Source: Octopus sinensis (lineage: Eukaryota). From it: a DNA stretch of 64,000 nt. The stretch covers positions 138,818,001-138,882,000 of the forward strand of contig NC_042998.1 in NCBI RefSeq assembly GCF_006345805.1, read 5' to 3'. The notes under the pieces are model-generated. The model saw nothing but the letters and a program-made list of their open reading frames with translations. It was not told the origin of the DNA and did not search any database. Position numbers and translations under genes: made by a program. Of this stretch, positions 26,701-39,904 are shown piece after piece. The first letter of the stretch is position 1. Every line of letters begins with the position of its first letter.

Positions 26701-27042
26701 CTATGTGAGGCCTCTTTTGTCTCCTTATCGCACAGTAATGCCCATTGCTGATCTCTTCACCATCTGCTGAATCTATTTACAGACCTGTGCAATTTAATCT
26801 GTTCACCAAGCTGTTTCTTTTGCTCCTAATTATAATTATCTCAAATACAAGACAGAAGTTAAAATTAAACATTTAATATTACCTTTTAATAATAATTGGA
26901 AATAATAATAATAACGGTAATAACAATGATAATAATAATATTGATAAATGACAATAATTTAGCCAAAACTCATGTCGGATCAGAGGAAGTTTTAACAATG
27001 ACAAATAGTAAAAAAATGAAAATAATAATATCAGTGATGATA

Positions 27043-27120
<78 letters not shown>

Positions 27121-27850
27121 AAGGAAGTGGTTAGAATTTCCCTTTGCTCTGATTGTTGATACATCTAGTAATAAAACACTGGTAATTGCGTAACCTGATA
27201 ATCGCTACCTCATATGAATGACAATGAAAAAGCAAAATATTGTGAATAACGGTGGTAATGAAACTGAAGCCCTTGATGGTGACAATGTTGCACACGACAG
27301 GCTCAGAGATACTGGTCTGACCCCAGTCTATCGTTATCCAGCGAGGGACCAGCACACACGGCGTAGATGAAACAAACAAGTCAATACTGTGGTCATGGCG
27401 TGTTACTACCTGAGCAACCCCGTTGATGAAAATGGTGTTCATCTTAAGGGATACCGATCAATGGAGAGAAAGGACGATTGTTACAACTCATGGAACAGAG
27501 ATTATGTGATCAAGCTAGAGCAATAAGAAAACATCGTTGGTTCACAGAAGTAGAGCTCGAAGCTATCAAAAGACAATTATTGGAAAACAGTAGCAGATGA
27601 AACGATGAAAATACAGTCCTTACTGATAAAAGTAATCTCATAGCAGAAAACAGAGGTGAAATCTCTAATAAACCACAGGAAACGAACAGTGATAGCTTAC
27701 TCGACGAGAGACATATAGATGGTTTGGAAAAATACAATAAAACTAATGGTGACATGACAGATGGGCAAAAGGCAATCTACGACAGAATAAAGGCAAGGCT
27801 GCAGGAGAACAATATCGACATTATTTGCAACCTTATGTTGTCAAGTATTT
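27121..27850 (+). mobile_element. 5' fragment of an R4/Dong-like element
   Basis: VNTVVMACYYLSNP and EQRLCDQARAIRKHRWFTEVELEAIKRQ match the N-terminal region of this clade. Bounded by (AAT)n and (ATT/ATC)n. Confidence 0.75.
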
Positions 27851-27904
27851 TCATTATTATTATCATCATCATCATCATCACCATTATTATTATTATTATT
27901 ATCA

Positions 27905-28612
27905 TTTTTTTTCTTCTTTCAAATTTGCTTCCATTTCTTGCCGAGTGTCTTCCCGACTCCTAGGGCAAAGAAACTCATAGTATACATTGATAGGCCATTA
28001 AACCAAACTCAATAGTTCGTTCATTTTTTTTTTTTAAGTTAAATTAAAATACATGAGCAGCAACAGTTCTCACATCGACAATGCTCTTCTCAATACGTGT
28101 GATGTACCAGTTAAGACAATCTTTTGCACTTCTTGCAGGGATGGTAAGCCAGGGATCATTCTCATATAATTTTCGGTTCCCTTCTTGATCATTCCTAGTG
28201 CTCCTACGATCACTGGTATTGTAACCGCCTTGAGATGCCACATTTTCTCAATTTCAATGAGTAGGTCTTTATATTTTCTGAGCTTGTCAAACTCTTTCGA
28301 TGAGATATTATGATCACAGGGGATGCTCATGTCGATCAATAAGCAAACTTTATTGTTTTGGTCTTTCACAACAATATCTGGTTTATTGGCCTTGATGGTT
28401 CGGTCTGTATGTACTGGAAAGTCCCACAGAATGGTTACATTTTCTCCTTCAGTTACAGCCTCTGGGTGGTGATTATACCACTTGTCGGCAGTTTTGATAT
28501 TGTAATGCCGACTTATTAGCCAGTGTAGATATTGGCCAACTCTGTCATGTCTTAATTTATACTCCACTGGTGCTAAGACTTTACATCCAGAGATTAGGTG
28601 GTCCACTGTTTT
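27905..28612 (-). mobile_element. 3' fragment (RLE domain + 3' UTR) of a second R4/Dong-like subfamily
   Basis: HLISGC..RHDRVGQYLHW, NKPDIVV..IDMSIP..K..KY. (AAT)n on both sides in element orientation. Confidence 0.9.
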
Positions 28613-28613
28613 A

Positions 28614-28693
<80 letters not shown>

Positions 28694-29330
28694 GAGTGAG
28701 AGAGCTGTGCATGCCAACAAAATGACACTGGAGTAAAATATACGAAGCCCAGTATACCCATCATGACTACCCGTCTGCATCACAACCATATGTGCACGAC
28801 ATGGTGATCTCATATCAAGATAAACAGCGCATGACCTTGCAGGTGGGGCCCAGTTAGAATTTTCTTCTGGCCGGGTAGCCCATCCCGCTCAAAAGTTCCT
28901 TGAATAAAGATTGTTTAAGGATGTTGAACGAACCACACCTGTTTCCAAATGTGAATTATCCAAACCCCCAAGAATTTCTTTCAACACACGGCTATGATGC
29001 TCCCCCACTACTTCTGCTCATGATCAGAGATGCACATATCGTCAGCCACTAAGGGACATGCTCAACTGGTTATGGTTAAACAACTGACAAGCAAATCTGT
29101 GGTATTGAGCAGAATATTTGCTGTAGTTCATCTTTTATACCAAAAGAAAACGTGTACACGATAACACTTCCAATCATTTAAGATCAGAAGCCATGAGAGC
29201 CAGTGCCCATCTTTAATACCAAGACAAAACAATGTACATTATAACACTTCCAATCAGTTAAGATGAGAAGCCATGAAAGCCACTGTCTGGTAGACATGAC
29301 ATATGCATTCAGTATGAATGGAATAGCATT
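28694..29330. repeat. Non-coding interspersed-type repeat abutting (ATT)n
   Basis: Moderate-GC block with an internal ~70-bp tandem duplication (29130-29290). Suspected UTR derivative of a TAA-targeting element (inference). Confidence 0.45.
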
Positions 29331-29473
29331 ATAACACATCCCTTTGATCTATATATATAATAATTATTTGAGGGAATATTAATCCTAACTTACAATATTA
29401 ATCCTAACTTACAGGGAAAAATTCATTATTATTATGTATGTATGTATGTATAATAATAATAATAATAATAATG

Positions 29474-29525
<52 letters not shown>

Positions 29526-29769
29526 TAATAATAATAATAATAATAATATTTTTTTAAATATTAAAAAAAATTTTTTTAAATAAAAAATGTATTTTGTTAT
29601 TTACTTCCATTTGTTTATTTATCTGTGTATTTTAATTTATTATGTTTTCAGTTTTGTTTATATTGTAACCAGTTTGTGGTTACTTTTTAAAAATATTTTA
29701 AAAATTATTATTATTATTATTATTACTATTATTATACATACATACATACATACATACATACATACATAC

Positions 29770-29845
<76 letters not shown>

Positions 29846-30089
29846 GTAGGTGTAAACACATGAACAAAATAAAAATAAACAAAAACAAAAACAAAACCAA
29901 ATTACACGAACGTATATAAACAGGAGATACGAATATTACAGGCGCTTCCCCCCCCCTAACTAACTAAACATAGACGGACATAGAGGTACACGCATACGCA
30001 AATGAAGACATCTACAATAGAAATGCAAAATACAAAATGGCTGACCGTTAGTAAGGAGAGACACACAAACAAGTAAAAAGAAAGCAAAG

Positions 30090-30150
30090 GACCACTGATG
30101 CGGTCACAGGAGTGTGACAAAAGAACTCTGACCGAAATAAGATTAAGGTT
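30090..30150 (+). ncRNA. Degenerate hammerhead-like motif
   Basis: gacca CTGATGC GGTC..GACC GAAA TAAGAT TA aggtt. One core substitution. A homolog at 63301 reads CTGAGGA GGTC. Confidence 0.4.
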
Positions 30151-30263
30151 AATGTAAAAAATAAATAACGCTGAAGCAAAGTAACACCAAATATATAGTG
30201 CGTGTGTTTTTAAACAGGCAAAATGACCATTCCTAAATACAACAATTATATATATATGTAATA

Positions 30264-30424
30264 GGCGCAGGAGTGGCTGTGTGGTAAGTAGCTTGCTTAC
30301 CAGCCACATGGTTCTGGGTTCAGTCTATTCTACTATAGCCTCGGCCAGCCAAAGCCTTGTGAGTGGATTCGGTAGACGGAAACTAAAAAACGCAGACGTA
30401 TATATGTATGTATATATATATATA

Positions 30425-30461
<37 letters not shown>

Positions 30462-30462
30462 T

Positions 30463-30501
<39 letters not shown>

Positions 30502-30830
30502 TTGTCCCCCAACATCGCTTGACAACCGATGCTGGTGTGTTTGTGTCCCCGTAACTTAGCAGTTCGGCAAAAGACCGATAGAATAAGTACCAGGCTAATA
30601 AAGAATAAGTCCTGGGGTCGATTTGCTCGACTAAAAGGTGGTGCTCTAGCATGGCCACAGTAAAATGACTGAAACAAGTAAAAGAATAAAAGAATATATT
30701 TATATATAATGTTTGTATGTCTATTTGTCCCGCCACCATCATCGCTTGACAACCGATGTTGGTGTGTTTACGCTCGCGTAACTTACCGGTTCAGCAAAAG
30801 AGACAGATAGAATAAGTATTAGGCTTACGA
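30264..30830 (+). mobile_element. SINE family 1 plus a tandem partial copy of its 3' half
   Basis: Head at 30264, tail near 30690, 3' block repeated at 30715-30830. Confidence 0.85.
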
Positions 30831-31075
30831 AAAACTATCATGGATCTCCGAAACCCCAGAAACATCTGTTGGACTTATAATACCTTTCCTCCACCCCTTT
30901 AATTTTCTCCGTCGTTTGTACTCTGTGTAAGTTAGATCTGTTAATATAAAAATCTATATATTTATACTTAAATTTTCATCGTCTGAAAGTCTCCATCTTT
31001 TGCTTTCTCTCATTTTCCATATATGCTTATATACATATTTTGTATTTCATACCCAAACTATTATCTATATATTTA

Positions 31076-31127
<52 letters not shown>

Positions 31128-31439
31128 ATGTCTGTCTGCCTATAGAAATAAAAACTACTGCGTGGATATAAAAACTAAAATCTTATTCTTCTGTAAAATT
31201 TGACGACGGAGACAATTGAAGTGGTCCCGAGTCCCTAGCGGCCCTCTGAAGGAAGCTACTGCCTCTTTTAAAAATAAATGAAGGGTCTAAGCGTAATAAT
31301 TTTTATATGCCACTTTCAAATTAACAATAAGTAAATGAAGGGTTTAAGGGTGTAAACTTTATCGGATTAACACCACTTTTTTATCGTTTTCACTTCATAG
31401 CTACGGGAATACTGGGGCACCGCCGTTTTGCTACACTCA

Positions 31440-32960
31440 TTATTGAGAGCCTCTTCTGATATATGACATGTGGTGAACAAGGCAGTTTGATGTCGCTGCC
31501 CTCATTTGTGTCTCCTGCCGCGAGGTAGGTTCATCTAGGACTCTCGACAGGAAGAGATCCAATTTTGTTTTGAAAACACCTACATCCACTTTGTGTAGGT
31601 CCCACATGCTCTTTTGGAGAATATTAAAAAGCTGTGGGCTCTTGAAACCCAGGCTGTTGCAGTAACTGGTCCTGAAGCGCGACAGCATTGTTGGGATCTT
31701 TGGCACTGTGCAGTAGCAACCCGTTATGGCATTTGTGTAACTTTCAATGTCAAAATTCGGCATAAACCCTTTCAAGTTCTTCCAGATGTATATTACTGCA
31801 TATCTCTCCCGCCTTCGCTCCAGGGAGTAGAGTCGTAGCTGTTTCAGCCTTTCCCAGTAGCTGAGCTGTTGCAATGAGACGATCTTCTTTGTGAAGCTTC
31901 GCTGGATTGCTTCATGGTCTGCTATTAATTTTACACTGTACGGTGACCAAAGTCGGTAGCAGTAGTTCAGGCAACCGAGGACGAATGTTCTCCAAAGAAC
32001 TATTATGGTTTCCTTCTCTCTGGTTTTGAAGGTTCTCGGGATCCAGCCAGCCAGCTCCATTCACTTTGTCGCCATCTTGGTAATGTGCACTTGGAAAGAG
32101 GTATTATCACTCATGTCGATACCTAGGTCACGCACTGATATACTTTCTGGGATTGTAATACCCCCTGGGCCAGTGTACCCTGTAAGTTTTTCGTTCAGTT
32201 TTGGTAATGCAGAGTTTGGAATTTGCCAGCATTAAATTGCATATTATTGTCCTCAGCCCGTCTGTAAATTGCATCCAACTCCTGCTGCAGGTGTGCAACA
32301 TCGCTAGGGTTTTATATTTTCTGCGAGACTTTCGGGTCGTCTGCATAGCTAGCAAGGATGGCTATCCGGGCAGCTGAGAGCATATCTGATAGGGCCACTA
32401 TGAAAAGCAGCCGTCCCAAGACAGTGTCTTGTGGAACACCACTCACTATTTGTGTTTCCTTTGAGGTGGCTCTAATGGCCACCACTGCCTAACTTCTATC
32501 TTTCAGAAAATCATGTAACCGCTCTCCATGTTTTCCAGCTATGCCAAAATCGTGCAGTTTGTGGCATGTCGACTCTATCTTAAACTTTTTCAAAGTCAAA
32601 GTATATTACGTCCACATTTGAGTTGTCGAGTAACTGCTTCAACACCCAGTCATAATACTGTAGGAGCTGTGTCAGGCAGCTCCTACCTGGTCGAAAACCA
32701 TGCTGGGTATCACTTAACGAGTCGTTTTCTTCAAGGAATGCGTTTAGTTTATCTTTGACTATTCGTTTCGTGACTTTGCTGAAGTGTGAGGTCAGAGAGA
32801 TGGCATCTGCTCTGCTTCCTTTTTTAGGGATTGGACATTTTATTCCCCCTTCAGGTTGATTGGCAGCTTGCCATTGCAAGAAAACTCTGGAAGAGAATCT
32901 GTAGTGGTTTTGCCAGAGCAAGTTTGCACGATTTGAGGAGGATTGCTGGGAAACCAAATC
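31440..32960 (-). mobile_element. CR1-group LINE, RT and C-terminal region, decayed
   Basis: QHGFRPGRSCLTQLL, VDVIYFDFEK, SGVPQDTVLG and LSYWERLKQLRLYSLERRRERY motifs. Confidence 0.9.
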
Positions 32961-32984
32961 AAACAAAATTAAATTAAAATAATC

Positions 32985-33306
32985 TGCCTAAAGGACATAA
33001 TTTTTATAGGATTTTTATATTTCTTCATTTTATTTTAAAATACGGTGAGGCACTTTTCTGTAGGCATGCTATATCTGTAATATAACGACACAAATAATAA
33101 TGTGTATGTATGTATGTGCGTGTATGTGTGTGCATGTGTGTGGGATATAACTGTAATAAGCTCCACTACTTCATATTGTTATAAGTATTACTTAATAAGT
33201 ATTATTTTGCTTTCATTCTATATTTATATCTGTAGAAGGTCAGTTTTCAGTTTTTTCGATGCCTACCTTCAGAATAGAAACCGTAACTTAGATTTCACTC
33301 CATTTT
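32985..33306 (-). repeat. Inverted copy of 35321-35645
   Basis: About 320 bp reverse-complement match, including the acceptor-bearing TTATGTCCTTTAGGCA. Confidence 0.9.
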
Positions 33307-33787
33307 CCCTTTCTTTTACGTATTCCGCATTACAATTTATGAGGTCAGCTGTCATTTTCCTATCTTACTTCGGTATATTTGTACAACTTTTCATTTGAAA
33401 ATACCCATTTCTCCTAAGCATAAGAAGAAACAATTTCGGCGGGGCACATATCATTGAGCTGTACTTTCTCGCAATTACTATTGACTGATACACACATAGT
33501 GAGGTTATAAGATATGTATTTTACAAGAGACACGGTGCTAAGAACTACGCACATAAATTCTTCAATTAAAACGGGAGTAATCTAATGAATGTAATATATG
33601 TTGTGTTGGTTATATTTTTCTACATCAGTAACTTCACAGCTGAACAATATATTCCGAATGTTAGGGGCTGGCAATTAAACTGCTAAAATAAGCTAGCATT
33701 TTTTCTATATTGTTCTTCTGATATTGATTTACAATTATTTCAGAGTAATATGATCGTAATAATGATGATAATGACGATAGGTTCCCG

Positions 33788-33868
<81 letters not shown>

Positions 33869-33874
33869 TTATAA

Positions 33875-33924
<50 letters not shown>

Positions 33925-34065
33925 AACGTTTATCATCTATCTATTTCTATATCTATCTATCTATCTATCTATTTGTGTGTCTGTATCTCTGGCTATCAAT
34001 ATAATACAAGCACACACACTCAAATACACATACACATATGTATATGTATGTTTATCTCTATCTAG

Positions 34066-34326
34066 CTACACTTGGCAACTCCGTAATCACCACATCCCTT
34101 ACCAGCGGCGATGAAGAATTACCACCAAAATCAGAGAAAGACAGCAAACCCTCTGACCCTGAGAGATCAACAATAAATACTAATGATCCCTCAACAGATA
34201 TTAATGAAAAATTACTATCTTATTCAATAACAAGCAGACACTCAAAAGAAGATCGGCACTCATCGCCACCTACCGTCAATGAACACTCGATACGTTCAAC
34301 TACCAATCTGGATTCCACCAAGCAAG
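34066..34326 (+). CDS. Gene B exon, acidic Ser/Thr/Pro-rich repeat copy 1
   Basis: Acceptor tttatctctatctAG, donor CAAG|GTAAGT, 261 bp, phase 1-1, open ([29 protein letters not shown]). Confidence 0.72.
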
Positions 34327-34532
34327 GTAAGTTGAAATTTAGCCTCATTCACATATCCATGTTTATACCTCAACATACAGTCGGCATACATGACCCCATC
34401 AAAGACAACTAAGCATATGTAAGAGGTGGATAAGATCTGTGTTACTCGTACATCTAGAAAATCATGCATAGACCCATCCGAGGACATGAACACAGCACAC
34501 GTATCTGCGAATAACTGCACAAAAACACACAC

Positions 34533-34569
<37 letters not shown>

Positions 34570-34647
34570 CACACGCATACAAACACACACACACGCACAT
34601 GCGCGCGCGCACGTACACACACGCACAAACAAACACCCATACACACA

Positions 34648-34692
<45 letters not shown>

Positions 34693-34695
<3 letters not shown>

Positions 34696-35320
34696 CAGAG
34701 GTTGAACAAAATAATGGAAACATCTTAAAATTTCAAACAAATTTATTTTAATATTGAGTAATATTTGGCAGTAATTACAGCTTGAATTCCACCAGGCATG
34801 GTATCGTACAAATTTGGAATTTTTTCCAAAGGAAATTTTGTCCATTCTTCAGCTAAAACAGTCTTCAGTTTTTGTAGTGATGATGGTGGAGAATATCGAC
34901 TCTTATTTGTTTTTCTAAAATGCACCATAAATTTTCAGTAATATTGTGATCTGGGCACTGTGGTGGCCAGATAAGATGTTCAACTTCACAAGTTCCTGGT
35001 GCCGTTCAGTAGCAAATTTAGCTGTGTGAATTGGTGCAATGTCATCCTGAGAGATTGTGTTTCCCCCCGGAGACAGTTCCACAACCATAGGATGAATTTG
35101 ATAAGATAAAATGCTTAAATAGTCTAGACTATTAATTCTGCCATGAAGGGGAACCATTGGGATGATTTCCAAGATATAGCCCCCTAGATCATCACAGATC
35201 CTCATCCATGTTTAACTGTTGGAAGAAGGTAGTCTGGGTCAAATGCTTCTTTTGGCTGTCTCCATACGTATACTCGGCCGGTGGTCGGAAATAAGGTAAA
35301 TGATGACTCGTCCGAGAAAA
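34693..35320 (-). mobile_element. Tc1-like transposon, 3' half with TIR
   Basis: FSDESSF, KHG.GSVMI, QDDIAPIHTAK, WPPQCPD..ENLW. End reads TACAGAGGTTGAACAAAATAATGGAAACA. Confidence 0.88.
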
Positions 35321-35642
35321 AAAATGGAGTGAAATCTAAGTTACGGTTTCTATTCTGAAGGTAGGCATCGGTAAAAAATGAAAACTGACCTTCTACCGAT
35401 ATAAATATAGAATGAATGCAAAATAATACTTATTAAGTAATACTTATAACAATATGAAGTAGTGGAGCTTATTACAATTATACACCACACACACGCACAC
35501 ACATACACGCACATACACACATACACATGCTATTATTTCTGTCGTTATATTACAGATATGGCATACCTACCGAAGAGTGCCTCACCGTATTTTAAAATAA
35601 AATGAAGAAATATAATAAGCCTATAAAAATTATGTCCTTTAG

Positions 35643-35879
35643 GCACAACCTCTACCAGCGACGATGAAGAATTACTACCAAAACCCGATGAAGACAGCAA
35701 ACACTCTGACCCTGAGGGATCAATAATAAATAGTAATGGTCCATCAACAGATATTAATGAAAAATTACTATTTTATTCAATAACAAGCAGATACTCAAAA
35801 GAAGATCGGCACTCATCGCCACCTACAGACACGAAACACTCGATAAGTTCAACTACCAATTTGGATTCCACCAAGCAAG
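35643..35879 (+). CDS. Gene B exon, acidic Ser/Thr/Pro-rich repeat copy 2
   Basis: Acceptor ttatgtcctttAG, donor CAAG|GTAAGT, 237 bp, phase 1-1, open ([29 protein letters not shown]). Confidence 0.72.
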
Positions 35880-36189
35880 GTAAGTTGAAATTTAGCCTCA
35901 TTCACATATCCATGTTTATACCTTGACATACAGTCGGCATACAAGACCCCATCAAAGACAACTAAGCATATGTAAGAGGTGGATAAGATCTGTGTTACTC
36001 GTACATCTAGAAAATCATGCATAGACCCATCCGAGGACATGAACACAGCACACGTATCTGTGAATAACTGCACAAAAACTGACCGCCACACACACTCTCA
36101 GATGTTTAAACACACACACGCACACACACACATATATATATATATACACACACATACACACGCACACACGCAAACACACACACACACAC

Positions 36190-36830
36190 ATAATAATTTC
36201 CAAGATATAGCGCCCCAGATCATCACAGATCCTCATCCATGTTTAACAGTTGGAATAAGGCAGTCTGGGTCAACTGCTTCTTTTGGCTGTCTCCACACGT
36301 ATACTCGGCCGGTGGTCTGAAATGAGGTAAGGGATGACTCGTCCGAGAAAATAACATTCTTCCACTGTTCCAGGGACCAATTCTGTAGGTTTTTACATCA
36401 CCCTAGACGCTTTGCAACGTTTGATTTTGAAAGTAGTAGTTTTCTGATTGCAGCCCTCCCGTGAAATCCGGCATTGTGCAGCTCCCGGCTAACAGCTTTT
36501 GTGGAAACTGGTTTATCGAGGTGGCCATTAAGCTCTGCTGTAATTTTGGGAGCTGTACTTTTGTGATCGTTTCTAACAATTAGCGTAAGCGTCTGAAAAT
36601 CCCTATCTGAAAGTTTTGGTTTTTTTCTGGAGTTTTATTTCGACGAGGAGGTTTTTCCCTCTTTCTCAAAGGCTGTCATTACTTTTGAGACAGTACTTCT
36701 TGATACACCAAACATTTCGGCTGTGTTCGTTACGCTAGCGACTACCATACGAGCACCAACAATTTGACCTCTTTGAAAGTCCGATAGATCTGTAATTTTA
36801 ATGAATTTTAATTACCTTTTTTTGATGATA
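36190..36830 (-). mobile_element. Tc1-like transposon, 5' half
   Basis: DLSDFQRGQIVGAR HTH start, through VIFSDESS..VWRQPKE..KHG.GSVMIWGAISW. Confidence 0.88.
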
Positions 36831-36980
36831 TCTGAAAAGAAGGAGCAATTTTAGAAAAACATAGTATTAATTTTTACCTAAATGGTTTTTTACAAGCTAG
36901 CTACTTGATAAAATCCTATATAGATTTTATCCTTGATTATAAAGATATGTGTGTGTGTGTGTACATATAAACATAGTCAT

Positions 36981-37121
36981 CCCTTACCTCATTTCAGACC
37001 ACCGGCCGAGTATACGTGTGGAGACAGCCAAAAGAAGCAGTTGACCCAGGCTGCCTTATTCCAACTGTTAAACATGGATGAGGATCTGTGATGATCTGGG
37101 GCGCTATATCTTGGAAATTAT

Positions 37122-37158
<37 letters not shown>

Positions 37159-37200
37159 GTGTGTGCGTGTGTATGTGTGTGTGTATATATATATGTATAT
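36981..37200 (+). repeat. Inverted copy of 36130-36335 (Tc1 piece plus microsatellite junction)
   Basis: About 1 mismatch over the Tc1 part; same junction with the (CA)n tract. Confidence 0.88.
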
Positions 37201-37214
37201 ACGTATATATACAC

Positions 37215-37490
<276 letters not shown>

Positions 37491-37919
37491 TTACAGGGAA
37501 CCCGTAATGGCTCTAGGCATACCAAAGTGATGCTTCGTCACAAATTGTCAAGGTGGAATGACACAAAGCAGACAGTTATTCTGTCTTTTATCATGGCCCA
37601 AAATTCATCGATGAAGGGAAGGTCACTGTTGTTAGGTAACCCACAACCACGATTGTATCCGAAATTATCCAACACGGAATTAAATTTAATGCTTGACCTA
37701 AAACATATTAAAAACAGATGAATTGGTTATCTGGTATTGTCACAATTGTTTCATTAATCTTCTTTATTGTAATCTAAAGATTGTACAGTCACTATGCAGT
37801 ATTAACGATTGCTATAATATTACGTAATATATTATTCAACTTTCAGTTCACCAGCGAGCAGCAGCATGTTCATTGATCAACAGACCATCAATAAGTGAAA
37901 TTTTTACTAGAGTTACCAG

Positions 37920-38380
37920 CGTTTAAATTGTGTAATCCTTAGTCCTCCTCGTTTTCTTGGCACGTTGATTGGGAACAATTAACTCGTTCCTGCTTCTGAA
38001 AAGGTGTGAGCATCTGGGGAATCCATGGTGCAATTAACTTCCGCATGTGCAATGGTCGTGAATGATTTCTTTCACGGACCTTACAATTCACTTTTTGGGC
38101 TTGATGCCGAATAGTTATGCGATGACCCTCCAAAATAGCGGCTTTCACTTTATGGATGGTGTCGTCCAAAAGTAGGAGCAGTTTCCACTGATGACCGACC
38201 ACATTTGAACTGGCGAGGCCAGAGATTGACTTCGTCGTATGAAGGTGCATTGTCACCATAAACTTCTTTCATCTCATCGAAAGTCTTCTTTGGTCTACAA
38301 CTTTTCAAGGATTAAAACCTGATCACTGATCTACATTCAACTGTCTCCATTATAATACCTTAGTCCACTCTTCAGTATCC
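37920..38380 (-). mobile_element. mariner-like transposase, N-terminal fragment
   Basis: RSVIRF..EMKEVYGDNAPSY; KVKAAILEGHRITIR..LHMRKLIAPWIPQMLTPFQKQERV (WVPRxLT motif). Confidence 0.82.
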
Positions 38381-38769
38381 GTAAAAGACAAACTAATACT
38401 ATTGAGAAGCTGCAATTTACAATGTGACATGTAGAGACATGCATGATTGCATATGTGTCTGGGGAGATTTTAAGTATAAATTGATTTCGAAAAAATGTTC
38501 AGGTAAACGGCGGGAGGAATAACATTTGGGCGCGGTTGAACGGCGGGTGTAATTATTTTAAGCTTCCAAGGGAAATGATCCATTCTCTCCTTCGTAAATT
38601 ATTTGGTAAAAATGAAATTGAATATACTTATTTCTTAGTATTTTAATTATTTCAGTTATTTTCTGAATTTATCCAGTACAAGTCTTAAACAAGTTAATAG
38701 TATTCTCCTAAAAAATAGATCCACTTATTTCGGTTAGTGATTTATTCACGAATATACCAACTCTAGCGC

Positions 38770-39217
38770 TGCTGAGGGTAATATTCTCTGGGAAATCATA
38801 AAAGCTTTTTTCATAGTTAATTACTTTGAATTGTTATTATCTCATATCTGATTAGCCTGTTATTAAATAACATATATCACGATTTTAGTATACATACCTT
38901 ATTAGTATTTCCTCCTATGTTCTATATACTCTGGGAACATATTAAAGCCCTTTTCGGGGCTACTTTATTTGAATTCTTAATATAGGGTAATTAATTTCAT
39001 GTTATTACATAACTGACTTCACAATTTGGGTATTGTTAACTTATTGGTAATTCCTAAAAACAAGATCTTTGTAAGACAGTTCGGTATCCTCAATAAATAC
39101 ACAAAAACCGTTTAAGGGCTACATACTTTGTATTGTTATTATTGCATTAGCGAAATAATTATGAGAATGGAATCAAGGGATAAGCCCGCTTTCCTGGGAA
39201 TTACCGGGCATGTCACC
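38770..39217 (+). mobile_element. Helitron 3'-terminal segment homologous to 20060-20480
   Basis: Colinear ~430-bp match ending GCCCGCTTTCCTGGGAATTACCGGGC..CTGG. Confidence 0.8.
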
Positions 39218-39219
39218 TG

Positions 39220-39250
<31 letters not shown>

Positions 39251-39302
39251 TATATGTATATATATATCCACTTATATATATGGATATATATAGATATATG
39301 TA

Positions 39303-39382
<80 letters not shown>

Positions 39383-39404
39383 CGTGTGAGTGTGTATATA
39401 TATA

Positions 39405-39812
39405 TATATGCTTTCGGTGCAAATGGTTTTGTTATACGATGCCGTATTTTACAATCCTGTAAATAATAATTATGCTATTTTATATAAGCTTAAAGTTTAT
39501 GGCTTTCACCGTGCAATAACTAAGGAAAATAGTCTAATAACGGGGCATATAAGCACTCTAAAGAAAAAGAAAGCTTTCCCATCCGCGTGTGGAGTCGTGT
39601 TAACAAAGGGATGTAGGTTCGCGTCCCACACGAATGGGAAAGCCTTCTTTTTTCTGTCGAGGGCTTATATGCCCTGTTATTAGACTATTTCCTTAGTCAT
39701 TGCAGGGTGATCGCCATAAGCTTTAAGCTTACATAAAATACCATTATTATTATTTACAGGATTGTAAAGTACGGCGTCGTATAACAAAACCATTCGCACC
39801 GAAAACATATAT
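39405..39812. repeat. ~400-bp imperfect palindromic element in (TA)n
   Basis: Arms of about 190 bp, e.g. TTTCGGTGCAAATGGTTTTGTTATACGA / TCGTATAACAAAACCATTCGCACCGAAA. Confidence 0.9.
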
Positions 39813-39846
39813 GTATGTATGTATGTATGTATGTATATATGTGTAT

Positions 39847-39881
<35 letters not shown>

Positions 39882-39904
39882 TATATTATATATATATATA
39901 TATA

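Noticed and set aside
33586-33690. Signal-peptide-like MNVIYVVLVIFFYISNFTA
   Set aside because: Stops after 33 codons with no donor; hydrophobicity is expected in AT-rich DNA.
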